Source: Thozetella sp. PMI_491
Lineage: Eukaryota
Assembly (NCBI GenBank): GCA_021432635.1
Contig: MU270019.1
Coordinates: 1,113,672-1,177,671 of the forward strand
Direction of reading: 5' to 3'
DNA length: 64,000 nucleotides
The position numbers were made by a program, and so were the translations under genes. The notes under the pieces are model-generated. The model worked only from the letters and a program-made list of their open reading frames with translations, was not told the DNA's origin and searched no databases. Positions 44,300-55,998 of the stretch are shown here, in pieces (the stretch's first letter is position 1; every line of letters begins with the position of its first letter).

Positions 44300-46414
44300 A
44301 TGTCAGACCAGGTCGCGCTACAGGCTGATGTCGGCGCGCTGAGTCTGGCGGGGCTGGGCGCCTTCAGCCAGGTCCTCGCAATCCTTTCCACCGACAATGT
44401 CACCCCGATGGCGATGCTTCAAATGGAACAGCTTGGCTCTCTCTTTCACGTGAACGGCAAGTTCGCCGCTGAGGTGCCCGAGGCCATGCGTCGCTCATCG
44501 TCGCGCCCCGTGGGCCGCTTGGCATTGGCGGTTGGCTGGCGCCGCGGCGATTCGGTTTCGGTCATGGCACAGTCCGCAGGGGGGCAGGCTGCCGCTCTAC
44601 TGTCGTTTTGCTTGATCAATATGTACCCACAAAGGGAAGCGGGAACGATCCTTTCCAGACTCTGCCACAGCCAACTTCCCAAGTCTCTTCCGGTCGCCAG
44701 TGTAGCCCACCTCACGGATGTCGCAGCTCTGTTGGCCTCCAAGCTGAATAAGCTTGGTTTTGGGAACTTGCTTGCCGAACAGGCTTTGAGAATCCTCACT
44801 GTCTACGAAAAGCTCGAGACAACTCCGCCTCCAGATCTCATGGAGGTGCCCGTTGCCGAATCGATTGCAGAACTGCTTGAGCGTCTTGCGAGCTTGCGCG
44901 AAGAGGATTCCATTGTGCGAATCACAGGCTCCCATGGGATGCTCTATTTTCTGGGGGTCATACTCTTCATGTTCCCCATTGATGCGGTTGTAACTGTTGA
45001 ATCTTTCATTATCAGCGAGGGGCCTGGTCGTCGGATCATGGTCGAGATCTGCAACGAGCAGCCAACTACCATCCAACTTGAAAAGCAACTAGCCCAACCT
45101 CCACTTTTCAAATTGCCCATCGCGAAAGCCACTGTGGCTCTAAGAATATATCCCTGCTGCTCATTTGAATGGAAGGGATGGTTGGCCCACAAGCTCCAGC
45201 TGGAGTTCGCGAGTTTCGGGCTTGTATGCACTGAAAATATGCTGATTTGCTTCAGCACTGTTCTTGCAGCTCTCGCGATGCGGGCTGAAATTGTTGAACC
45301 CAGACATCCTACCTTTCAATACCCGTTCGTGGACATTTTGGGACCATATTTCCGATCCAGAATAGACCAAGTCTGCCAGGACGTCTTCCTCGCGGCGCCA
45401 GAGCATACAGCTTCCGATTTCACGACAGCATGGGAGAACTTCGTCTTAGCCGTTGGCCCTATGCTAAGCAAACTCCCATGCACGAAAAATAACTGCCAAC
45501 ACGAGTTCAGAACGATGGGGACCAAAGGCCATTTCCTTAGAATGATGGGGAACAAAGGCCATTTTCCTAGAACGATGGGGACCAAAGGCCATTTTCCTAG
45601 AACGATGTGTGCACCCACCGAGCTGTGGGAGGTCATGGAGGATATTTTAAGCGCTGGCTTCCAGTGTCTCATAACAAATGTCCACGGGTGCGTCTCCGTT
45701 TCGGGCTTACTCCCAGGAGTAGGTGGTTTAATGGTGGATCAGAATTCCGTGACAATATCTAGCCGTCTCGTAGAATCCTGGTTCCAGACGGTTACCACGA
45801 GACGCTTTTCCTTAGCCGCTTGCTATTTGGGCTCGACGATGTCCCCCACATTGCTAGAGACACTCGCCATCCGCAAAGATAGAGCTTTCAGTTACGAACT
45901 TATTGAAGGAGTCCTGATCTATCAGAGTCGCTACTACGACATCTTGAGTAACGACACAAATATCGGATCGTCAACTACCAGCTCGCTCCTCGGTCCACAA
46001 GGACCAATCGTACCTTCAAACTGCGGGGAGCATGATACTATCACACTCACAGTACGAGAGGGCTATAATGAATTAATCCTTGGGGTTGTCGCAAGCGCAA
46101 TGGGCAAATACGTTCACATCGATCTCAACTCTGCGATTAGGGGAGCCAGATCTCTCCATCACACGACAGAATGCGAACACGACCCTGACAGGCCATTGAA
46201 AGAGGGGAATAAGGAATTTGTGGAAGTAGTCGGTGTTTTAGATGCTGCAGCGAGTCGTACTACGTTGGCAATAGCCATGACACGCGCTAACCCAGAGGCA
46301 CAGCTTCTCTGCCTCAACCAGTATAGGCCATCTTTATTTCTCCGGCGGTGCTGTTTAGATTGCGGTGTCATACAGGCTCGGAATGGCAGTTTCAATGTGT
46401 TAATTATATCTTAA
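44300..46414 (+). CDS. Fungal protein of unknown function, 704 aa, intronless, with Cys-rich patches and an internal repeat
   Basis: Long uninterrupted ORF with a good start context. C-terminal ECEH...CCLDCG. No domain I can name. Confidence 0.8.
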   Translation: MSDQVALQADVGALSLAGLGAFSQVLAILSTDNVTPMAMLQMEQLGSLFHVNGKFAAEVPEAMRRSSSRPVGRLALAVGWRRGDSVSVMAQSAGGQAAALLSFCLINMYPQREAGTILSRLCHSQLPKSLPVASVAHLTDVAALLASKLNKLGFGNLLAEQALRILTVYEKLETTPPPDLMEVPVAESIAELLERLASLREEDSIVRITGSHGMLYFLGVILFMFPIDAVVTVESFIISEGPGRRIMVEICNEQPTTIQLEKQLAQPPLFKLPIAKATVALRIYPCCSFEWKGWLAHKLQLEFASFGLVCTENMLICFSTVLAALAMRAEIVEPRHPTFQYPFVDILGPYFRSRIDQVCQDVFLAAPEHTASDFTTAWENFVLAVGPMLSKLPCTKNNCQHEFRTMGTKGHFLRMMGNKGHFPRTMGTKGHFPRTMCAPTELWEVMEDILSAGFQCLITNVHGCVSVSGLLPGVGGLMVDQNSVTISSRLVESWFQTVTTRRFSLAACYLGSTMSPTLLETLAIRKDRAFSYELIEGVLIYQSRYYDILSNDTNIGSSTTSSLLGPQGPIVPSNCGEHDTITLTVREGYNELILGVVASAMGKYVHIDLNSAIRGARSLHHTTECEHDPDRPLKEGNKEFVEVVGVLDAAASRTTLAIAMTRANPEAQLLCLNQYRPSLFLRRCCLDCGVIQARNGSFNVLIIS
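45509..45607 (+). repeat. In-frame 30-bp tandem repeat, about 3.3 copies (RTMGTKGHF[L/P])
   Basis: agaacgatggggaccaaaggccatttcctt / agaatgatggggaacaaaggccattttcct / agaacgatggggaccaaaggccattttcct / agaacgatg. Confidence 0.95.
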
Positions 46415-46729
46415 CTGGGCCAAGTTATAGGATCGCCGCGGCCAATATGTTACCTAGTTACGGCTCTCAGAGAGCTAGAATGGATATTTATTCCACGTGA
46501 CAGATTCAGCTTCATAGGTAGCTCATCTGCTATGGAACGCATGATGTATAAGATTTATGGAGGCGATCAGATGTTCATGCGCAGCTAGGATTCAAGGGCA
46601 AACTAAAATGTGGTTCAATTGCATATGAGGAGGCGAAATTTACAAATATTTTTTCTTCCAGGCATATACTAGTATCCAACTTCCCCAAGCAACCTAGCAC
46701 ATAGAGCTCTAAATATAGATGCTGAATAC

Positions 46730-49088
46730 TCAGGGCAAGCTAAGGAAGAACTTGAGCATCTTGGGATAGTTCGGCGTTCCTAGGCCAGTCGAAGGGTCCT
46801 GGTCGTGTCTTATTAGCAAACATCCCAAAAGCATCTGAGGATGACCGAAGGGGGGATGACGTACCCATCCTGGCGCTGCAGGGAACCCGTCGACGCCGCA
46901 GCCGATGTTAGTCCCATTGGTAATGTCGTTGAAGATTTCTGGATGCGCATAGAAGGTAGGGTTCAAAAACCCGACCGACTTCTTGCCCACTTTCAGGCGC
47001 TCCTCATTGATGCGGTTGATCTTGGAATAAGAACTCGTCAGAAGACAGCGTATTTCTCGCCCTTGAGAGGCGCAACTCACCACTGCTGCGAAGATGGGCG
47101 TAGACGCTGAGGTCCCGCCAGAAAGGCCAAACTCGCCACCCGCGTATGTGGCAATGTTGTCCCCGTTGGCGGCCACGTCGGGATACCCGCGCCCAATGCG
47201 GTTGTATATCCCTCCAGTGTTTCCCGACAACGCGGCAGGGTCGGGCAGGACGGGGTTGGGCGCATCGGCGGCGAGCTTGGAGTAATACTTGTGGCCTGGG
47301 TCGTGCTTCGTCAAGTAGGTTGCGACAGCCGCCTTCTGGTAATCAGGCTGGGGGTAGATATTGGAGAAACCGCCGCCGGAGCTGTAGTTTACGGCATAGG
47401 GATCACCGACGAAGTCGAGGACGACGCTCTCAGGCTGAAATACCGTGTGACCAGGGTACACCTTGGTTGCGCCAACCTATCCCGTGCGTCAAAATTAGCG
47501 GTGCATACTTGGCAGAGCAGAGAAAATCGGAATCGTCCGGAGTGACTTACAGCAGTGACATAGGGGCAGTTCACCGGCCAGTCCGGGGTGAAGATGGTCT
47601 GGTCCGGCCCAACGCAGCCATCGCCGTAGGGAGGCGGGTACTCTCCCACACCGGCGTCGCCCGATGCGAAGAAGAAGCTAACGCCCTGCAGCCCGAGCTT
47701 GAGGAATTCATTGCACTGGCGCTTCTGGTACGCAATGGGGACAGTGTGCTCGGGGCCACCATATGAGATCGACATGACGTTAGTTGGCTTGAAGACACCG
47801 CACTGCAGCTTACCCTTATAGCCTCCGGGCAGTGGGTCCGGATACAAGGGGTCCAGATGATCCTTGCTGTCGTCACCAGTCTCGCCGTAGGCGCTGTATG
47901 TGCAGTAGCTGCCGTCCATGGCATCGAGCCATGTGTTGAAACCGCCGAGATACTCGACATCGGCCTCGCCTTGGTAGTTGAGATCGTCCTCGTTCCAGAT
48001 GGTAATGGTCTGTGGGTATACGATAGGATAGGCAAGATCCAGGTCAAGCATTGTCTCGCCACCCGCCTCGCTCACATTCGTGGTCTCTGCCACGGCGCCG
48101 TCGATCAGATAGTCGATTGGGTGGGTGCCTTTGGGGATGCGAGGTGCGTAGTTGGAGAAGAATAGGTCGAGATCCTCTTGGTCCCAGAACTCGAGCAGAC
48201 TCTCGTAGATGCCCATGGAGTTTCCAGGAATGGCAGAATAACCTAGAACAAGAGCCCGTTCAGTATTCCAATTTGAATATTAAGGGGTTTGAATTGGCTC
48301 TGTTGATCGCGTGCTTACCTTGCGGGATTCCGTAGAGAGCTGCAATGCATGCAGGAGTGATCACCTCATCGCAATGGGCCAGATCATTCGTGTTGGTCAG
48401 GCGGTCAGAGTTGCCTGGAGCGTGCTTCAGAGGTGGATGTCCATGCTTTCCTTGTTCGAGTCCAGTGGCGCGGCGGCCGAGCATCTGGGCTTTCAAAGGC
48501 GCAACGAGCTTGACGCCCGGCGTGATGTAGTCGATATGGTGCTGGATGTTCTTCGGCACATGGTACTTGTCACAAGCAGCCCGCACGTCGCCGCTGAGGC
48601 TGTCCTGGTACTCGTGAAACTCGGTGTGGAGCAAGCCCTCCACCACCGAAGTAGGGGCGTCAAAAGCAATCCAGCCTTTGTTGTCCGAGTGGATCATGTC
48701 GGAAATCCTATTCAATGTATGCCGTCAACATGGCTCTAGAACGCAAGAGCAAGACGATGAAGACTAACCCTTCGAAAGCCAGCCATTGCTTGACTGCCTC
48801 GACTGTCTCGTCTGCCGGCCGGAAGGCGTCAATGACCTCCTCGGCGGTCCAGGTCTGGCCGTACTTGTCCGAGGCGGGATCAGAGACCTCCATCAAGAAG
48901 TCGTGTGCCCGGTCGAGGTTGGACTGGGTCAGTCCAATGCGCACGGGAAGCAGGCGATCGCCCGCCAGACGACCGCGCTTGACCCATCGCGAAGACTGCG
49001 TGTCCCGCCGCTCGTGGACCGCGTGGGTTGCGGGCAATGCCGCAGCCGTCACGGCCAGACCCAGTACAGCAATGGATAGAGCTCTCAT
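46730..49088 (-). CDS. Secreted S53 sedolisin-family serine-carboxyl peptidase (aorsin/tripeptidyl-peptidase-like), multi-exon
   Basis: Signal peptide and prodomain (VRIGLTQSNL, VSDPASDKYG), catalytic E-x3-D (GETMLD), SGDAG, GRGYPDVAA, GGTSASTP and GLGTPNY. Confidence 0.94.
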
Positions 49089-49822
49089 GATGTAGTCAAG
49101 CTAGCGGTAGGAGAAATCGCCAAGGAATCGCCAAGGAACAACTACCGGGCGTCTTGGCACGGGGAGCTTGGGGGTTTTTCTAGGTCCCAGCAGTCTCGCC
49201 ATAGTCTATCGCAACCCTAGCTCCCGAGTACCTTGCTTCTGGCTAGCTTCTAGCTAGGATCTACGCAGTTGGCGTAGTACTGCATGCGACTTTTGCATAG
49301 GTACCATCCCACGCGGGCAGGTTACACAAAGGGAGAAGCTTGTGTTCGCGGTCAATGCGCCCGCACGTCGGTACGGGATAAGCTATCACATAGCTACCTT
49401 CCCCTTCGGGCTATAACTCCAGCTACAGCTCGACACATCCGCTTGCGGTTTACGGAGTATATTCCGTGCCTAGCGCTCTCCGCACCAAGGATACAGGGAC
49501 GTAGATGCATAAGGGGCTGGTTTCCCATCCTTTCCAACCTAGGAATAATAGTCAATTGCGTCATATATTGACATACCCATACGGGTGCCATCATTCAAGA
49601 CAGGCCGCTCAGCAAAGATCAATTAGAGACCTTAGAGGCCATATCATTGATTACCGTTGATGCTCCGCACGTTTCCGACGTCCCTAATAAGCAATTGAAG
49701 CCCAGAGACGACAGTTCATCTGATTCTTCCGAGACATGGCGTTGTGATCAAATGTGCCTTTGCTTGAGCGGCCAGGGCAACCCCGCAGCCCCCCGTAGCA
49801 GCATCAGATAGTGATCGCTGTC

Positions 49823-51597
49823 TCACAGCGTCCCATCCGAGTGTAGTTCATCGAGCCGAGCAATAGTCCTGATGATCGCCTCGATTTGCGCCACGGCAAT
49901 CTCATGGTCATACAAGCTCCAACCCCCATCAGCAATCGACTTCCAAAGGTAGTCAGGCTGTGCGAGGATACCAAGAGTGGGAATTTGGCTCCACCCTAAA
50001 GTCGACGAGCCTCCCACCCCGGACCAGGATGATCGCACCCCGTTCACGACAAGAGGATCCAGCAGAGGCACCCGCAGGCGGTCCGGAGTGCCATCAAATG
50101 CCCCAAGGTATGCATCGCGGAGTGGGGTCGAGAGAGAAGAGTCGTTCCTGTGCGCCACCGGTCTGCAGTCAGCGGGCGCAACATGCAATGCCACGACCAA
50201 GAGGGGTAATATGCAGGTTAGAATGAGGCACTTACGCAAATGTCCACCATGGTTCGGCGCGTCCAGTAGCTTCGTATACTAGCTTACCATCTTTCTTTAC
50301 GTCCTGCCACTCGACCGCGCCCAAATGCTCGAGGTTGATGGCAGCCTTCGCATTGGCGAGTAGGTCCGGGCGCTGACCAAACCAATCTGTCTCGTTTAGG
50401 AACCCGCTAGCCAGGTGACCAGTTGTAGCTACGAAGTCGAGATTGATACTCGGTCGGTTCCGGGCAAAATACTCAGCGATAGACAGCTGCGCAAAGGGGC
50501 CATTCTCCTCAATGATGTTCATGCCATCAGAATGGGTGTAGATCAAAATCGTGTCGTCGGTACCCCCAGTGCCCTCGAGGTGGGAGATGAGTGTGTACGA
50601 TGGGCTAGAAAACGATGGCGCGTCCAAAACAACGGTAAGGTTCGCAATGCTCCCCTCTCGGCCCAGTGACCGCAAAGTCTCTCCGGTCGAATTACCCACG
50701 TAGAGCGTCGGCACCTTCTGGGTCTGGGTGCCGCTGAGCGCCGACTTTGGGAGGAACTGCAGCGCGGCGTCTTCGTCCGAGACATCGACCCACGAAGAGA
50801 TCGCCGCGGCCACCCCCAGAGACTCGAGGGTGGTGAAGTCGAGCTTTTTGGCAAGCCCAGTCCAGTGCGGATTGGTCAGGTTCCCCAGCTCGGGGATCTC
50901 ATCGAGACTGATGTTCCGTCCGGTGCTGCACGCCGCCGTTAGCTAGCTCGGCTGTCTTGTACCTGCATGGGGCACGTACCCAAATACGTCATATTCTGGC
51001 GCTGAGTAGTTCCTAGTGACTGTCGGGTTGTCAAAGAAGATGATATCTCCAGGCTTGACACCACTTAGGTCAAGTGCGTCAAACAGTGCAGCGCGAGTGG
51101 CTTGGTCAACTGCGAAAGAACCGGCGTCGTAGAATGACCCAGTCACGCCTTGGACCCCAGTATCACCAGAGTATGGGTAATACCCTGTCGTTGGCACCCA
51201 GATTTCAGTTCCATTAGTTAAGCCAGCGACTAAGTACCACCAACGGACATCCCAACTGATATCACTTGTCAGCATCGTTTAGTTACCGACAAAGAGCATG
51301 GCGCTGAGTACTCACCGGTACATAGTATAGTTCAAAGTCGACGTAGTGAGGCCCGCGAGCTGGTACGATGCCGAGAGCGATTCTAGGAACGAATTCGCCT
51401 GCTCGCTTCCCGCTGGGGTATTCGGTCAGACGTGCGGGACAAGTTGGTAGGGAGGTAATCTACAACAACTTACGAAAGCGAGGTCCGCGGAGGTTAGTTT
51501 GAAACAGCCTCGAATGAAGCTTATTCTTGTCGATATCAGTGAGCAATGCACCGGCAGGGCCGACCAAGGAGGCCAGAGCTAAGACGATGGGCAACAT
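49823..51597 (-). CDS. Secreted protein with a PA-like region and an atypical M28/Zn-exopeptidase-like domain, 5 exons
   Basis: Signal peptide MLPIVLALASLVGPAGA. Four canonical introns join all pieces in frame. Motifs YYPYSGDT, YTHSDGMNIIEENG, TTGHL and LEHLGA. Confidence 0.7.
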
Positions 51598-52028
51598 TTT
51601 TGTAAGATTTAGGGGCTTCTGTTGATACTCATCCTCCGGATAGAAATCCATGGGGCCGGCGAAAGAGGGGTATGAATATATGTCCTCGGCGGAAATATCG
51701 AATTTCTGATTCTCCGCTGTCGCCGACACCGATGCCTCTTGCCGGTGTTCGCCGTTGGAGTCCTTGCAGAAGATCCCGGCCTGATGTGATGTAGTGTCAT
51801 TGTCCTCCACTTCCTCCACCTGGCGACGCAACGGCATTTCGTGCCCGCTTTGCAACATGGATCTCAACCCCGGTCCATTGGGCAGGCCAGGTCTATCGTC
51901 AGTACTACACTGCCCAATCAGCGCAGCCCATGCCAACCGAATACTGCATAAGGCAAGGTTGGTATTCAAAATCCATGTAGGGAGTCCCTTATAACCCCGC
52001 GCCGAGCACAACACTGGGTAAAGGCGGG

Positions 52029-52828
52029 TAGGTGTTTAACAAGATTATGAAGTCATCTGAGTCCCGGAAATGTTAAGCGGTTCCACGTAAGAGATTATAT
52101 CCGGCAGTTGTCTAATTTTGATCTAGAGACTGACCTTATTAAAGGAGAAATTAGGCATGTCTCTTCAATATTACCTGTATAGTCGATATACCGCACTAAC
52201 CCGAATCACCGAACCACGCTAACTAGATAGCAATCAGCACGTCCTTGTCCTGTATAGACAGTAGTCAACTCTAGTAACGCCTATTTCTAATGGAAGTCGC
52301 CCGGCCTTTGACTAACAGCTCTCAACTAGGATGTGTCGTTAGTGAGGTGGCGCCGCAATGTCCGTGCTCCGCATTTGAGGTCAAATTGTAGTGTAGAAGG
52401 AGTCCAGCTAATTAGTTGAACAGAGACGAGGTAGCCATGTAGAATGGAGGCTGTGAGAGTGCCGCGCATCAATTTCAAGGCGCCAAGTGAGGTTTGAAAA
52501 TAAATAAAATTTTCAAAAATGCAATATATCCACACGCCTCTCAGTCTTTTAGCCCTACGCCTTCTCGCAAAGCCCCCGGTCCTTTCTTCCACCTTCATCG
52601 GACATGCCCGAAATCCGTAAAAGATATCTTTGCTAACCCTACGCTGAATACAGCACTGTTTTAGGTGGCCTCTAACAAGATTATGGGGTCATCTGAGCCC
52701 GGGAATAGTTGGCGGTTCGATACATAAGATTAAATCCCGGCAACTGCCCTTGTTATATTCTTCTAGAGACTGGTCTTATAAAAACAGGAGTTGTTATGTG
52801 TCTTCGATATTACGGGTATGATCGGCAT
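52029..52828. repeat. Two diverged direct repeats of about 160 bp (52029-52189 and 52662-52828)
   Basis: Colinear shared blocks TAGGTG, TAACAAGATTATG, GTCATCTGAG, GCGGTTC, AGATTA, TCTAGAGACTG and TCTTC[A/G]ATATTAC. Confidence 0.75.
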
Positions 52829-53458
52829 TTTTTTCTGCGGTGTACTTGGGTAGATAGATGCTTTATCTTGCACACCCTTCAAGACAAGACACTGCCAACA
52901 CCACGAACGCCAAAAAAAAAAATGCCCCTCATCGAAACACAGTCCTCTTTTTCTATAAGAATCAGGACCTCGTAGAAACATATAGGTAGGGAGCCAAAAT
53001 CAGTGTCCCCGTGTTCTCAAGTATAATTGCTCAGCTGACCTAGTCGCCCTGGTTTCTAGGAGTTGGCTCCGAATCAGCTGCGCAGACCGAAGCGCTTTGA
53101 GAGAAGATGTGCCACAGTAGCTGTCTAGATGAGCCGAGAATGGCGCCTTATTGTGATTCAACAGAGTCCGAACACGTCTAGGACTGTTATATTTTGCGCA
53201 GGCAGCTCACTTTTGCTGACGCGTGGGCTGATAAAAAGAAATCTCAGGGGGCCCGTTTACAAATCGCACCGCGTCGGCTTTAGGAGCTGTGGGCATGCCG
53301 AGCTCTCAGAAGGAATCAGAGGATGTCCATTGAGGCCGTCCGTAAGTTCAAGAGCCTCTAACTCTTCTCCGTAGCTTCGTAACTGATAGGGTAGGCCCAA
53401 GCGGAGGCCAGAAGAGATGGCCCCTGGGGAACCAGTAAGGCAACAAGGGCACACCTGC

Positions 53459-54480
53459 ATACTTCTATGCACTTTGACTCTACCATAAAAAGTCCAGCAT
53501 AGATACCCTTGACTTCCGCGACCAGCTAGTCTTGGGACATTGGTCTTCTTTCAGGCTGTTTGATGAATATTGAGGTCGACGGTTCAGCACGTCCCGAAAA
53601 GCTCGCCGGGATTGCCAGTTGGTTCCGCCGATCTGCGGACAATGAAGCGCAAGATGTCTTACTCGAAGTATCATCCAGGGACAAGAGCTACTCGCATTTT
53701 GTCAGACGGTTAGAGCCTGAGGTATTGTAGTCAAGTCGTGGTAGAGTCGTTATGTGGTAGGGGCGAAGAGTGTCATGATGCTCTCGCAAGCCGAAACAAA
53801 TGGCACGGCTGCGCAGAGCGACTTGGTATAGTAGTACAGCTGCTGTCAAGCATTGGGCCTGGCAAGCATCGCCAGGTGATGGGGTCGAAGAGTGTCATGA
53901 CGCTCTCGCAAGCCGAAACAAAATGGCACAGCTACGCAGAGCAACTTAATATAATAATAAAGCTGCTGTAAGACGTCAGGCTTAGTAAGTGTTACCTGGC
54001 GATGGCAGAGCCATCCAGTCGTAGGAGTCTTGTCTGATGCCTTTGAATGCCATCCGTGGGAAACAACTGTCCAGACCTCGCGGTCTTTGATGTCGTCATC
54101 CTCGAAGGACATTCCGCAACGCCCCAAGATCTCCGAGGCACTCGATCCAAGTGTCTTCGAAGGTAGGTACAGTTTCGTAGAGAATGGCCATCATAGAGTA
54201 GGCCAGGTAGATAAAAGTAAGCATTTGCTTCAGGGATGCAGCGAGCCTATATCTTAAGAGCTCGAGAAAGCTAGAAGAGAGAAATGTTAACACTAGAGAC
54301 ACGAGGGTGCGGCAGAAAGAGAGGAGGTTTTGTTTCGAACCTATAGATGCCGTGCCTCCACATCCTCGCCGGCATCACGTACTTAGAGGCCAGCCTTCGC
54401 AGCGAGGGAGGGAGAAGCGGAAGGGTGCTGCGATGCTAAAAAGAAGTCGTGATGATCATGGAGGAGCGTACGATGGAGCA
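53459..54480 (-). pseudogene. Fragmented Est1/Ebs1/SMG6-like (EST1 DNA/RNA-binding domain) pseudogene
   Basis: LHRTLLHDHHDFFLASQHPSASP [frameshift] LRRLASKYVMPARMWRHGIY [intron] SFLELLRYRL...LAYSMMAILYETVPTFEDTWIECLGDL [frameshift] EDDDIKDREVW..., then a duplicated segment containing TGA, then QPERRPMSQD*LVAEVKGIYAGLFMVESKCIEV. Confidence 0.8.
53760..54005. repeat. Tandem duplication of about 122 bp inside the Est1-like relic
   Basis: Both copies begin GGGG(T)CGAAGAGTGTCATGA[T/C]GCTCTCGCAAGCCGAAAC, at 53760 and 53881. Confidence 0.92.
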
Positions 54481-55998
54481 CATTTGCCACCTCCCTGGAA
54501 GACTCGCAGGTCTTTACTCGCGAGGACCCGGGACTGGCGTGGGCAATATTCGATCTATTGCGGTGTTTAGTTCGACTTTGTCGCTGCAGAGGACGGTGCT
54601 GATGCCAATGGTAACCGAGATCGGGATGATAACAATGGCATCTGGGAGGGAGGGCTTGAGAACAAACGCCAGCAACGCCCACACCATGAGCGGAGCCAAA
54701 GCGCTCCAAGGCAGTTGTCTAGTCCGAAGCGTTAACAATAAGGCCTGGAACACCCAGCAGCGGGTATGCGGCGTGGGAGGTAGCACTTTTGGAGGGACTC
54801 TCTGTAAAGCCAAGAGAGGATACCTGACAATATCGTCCACGCTGCGAGGAGTCTAGGGTGCAATTGTCAGCCGGTATGCTGGGTGTAAATTTCGGGATGC
54901 TCGCACTGACGCGCTCGATACTAGGCTTGCCCACCAGCATTTTTCCTCTTGGCTTCTCGAAAGAAGGACGAGGATGGACAAGACGACGGTGGTGGCAGTG
55001 GTGCCCCTGAAAAAATATGGCCATCGGCTCATGGTAGCAGATATGATAATGGGCACGAAAAGAAATAGAAGGGGAAAGAGTGTGGATGGGAGAAATAAGG
55101 AACAAGGAGGGGTCACTGGCTGCGCGCTTTTTTCCGAGACCAATTCAGCGGCGGCCTGCTCAGATATGGCACATGTTATTCGTCACGAAAATGTACGTAG
55201 ATCGAGGTCATCACCGGGAAGTGAAAGCCCTCGGCGGTATATAGCGGATGGTCGGTCAAGAAGGTTTCAAGGTGGTAACGAAAGGGAGAAACTAGATGTT
55301 TAACAGTAATTACCGGTTGATGGATATATCACCGCAGGCTGCTTGCCCAATCTGTGGAGCCGCCAAGCTCCTTTTGAGAGCTCGAGAACCCCCGAGGGAT
55401 GAGGGGTAAAGAAAATCGAGGCAGTAGGGATGGCCCTGATTGCCAATCTACAGGTTGGTTCGCACGAGGAGGTTCGCATGAAACTGGGGAGGGTCGGATT
55501 GTTGCTGGGATGAAGTGGGACGAGCCACTCGGCATGGGTGAGGCAACTATGGGTCTCAATCAGGATTCATCGCGCTGTGGAGTTAGGCAAACGGGCGTCA
55601 AGCAATCAGGACCTTCAAACTGAGAGACTTGAACGAGGTGGCGTAGTGGCGGAGCGGTGCTGAGCTGGTTTCGCAGATAATCCTCCTCGACATCTAACTA
55701 TGATTCGTCATAACCTATTCTTGAACCGAATATGCACATCTGCGCGCCCCATGCCCTCGTATCAAAAGTTGCCCACACCGGTCTAGAAATGCCTCGTTGC
55801 CTTCTGTCGCCATGTACCTTCATTTTGCACTTCACGGGGACCTCTTTCCAATAAACCGGCCTGGGCATGCTCTGAGCATCGTCGGTCCACCACCCTGCCA
55901 CCCTAGGTCGATTCTTCATGCTGATCCAAGACTCAAATCAGATTTCCGGTCCAAAACGCGAAATCCATCCGTTTCTACTAGTTTCACAAGTCAATATC

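Noticed and set aside
45509..45607. 30-bp repeats as a CRISPR-like array
   Set aside because: The units are contiguous with no spacers, in frame within a CDS, and in a eukaryotic genome.
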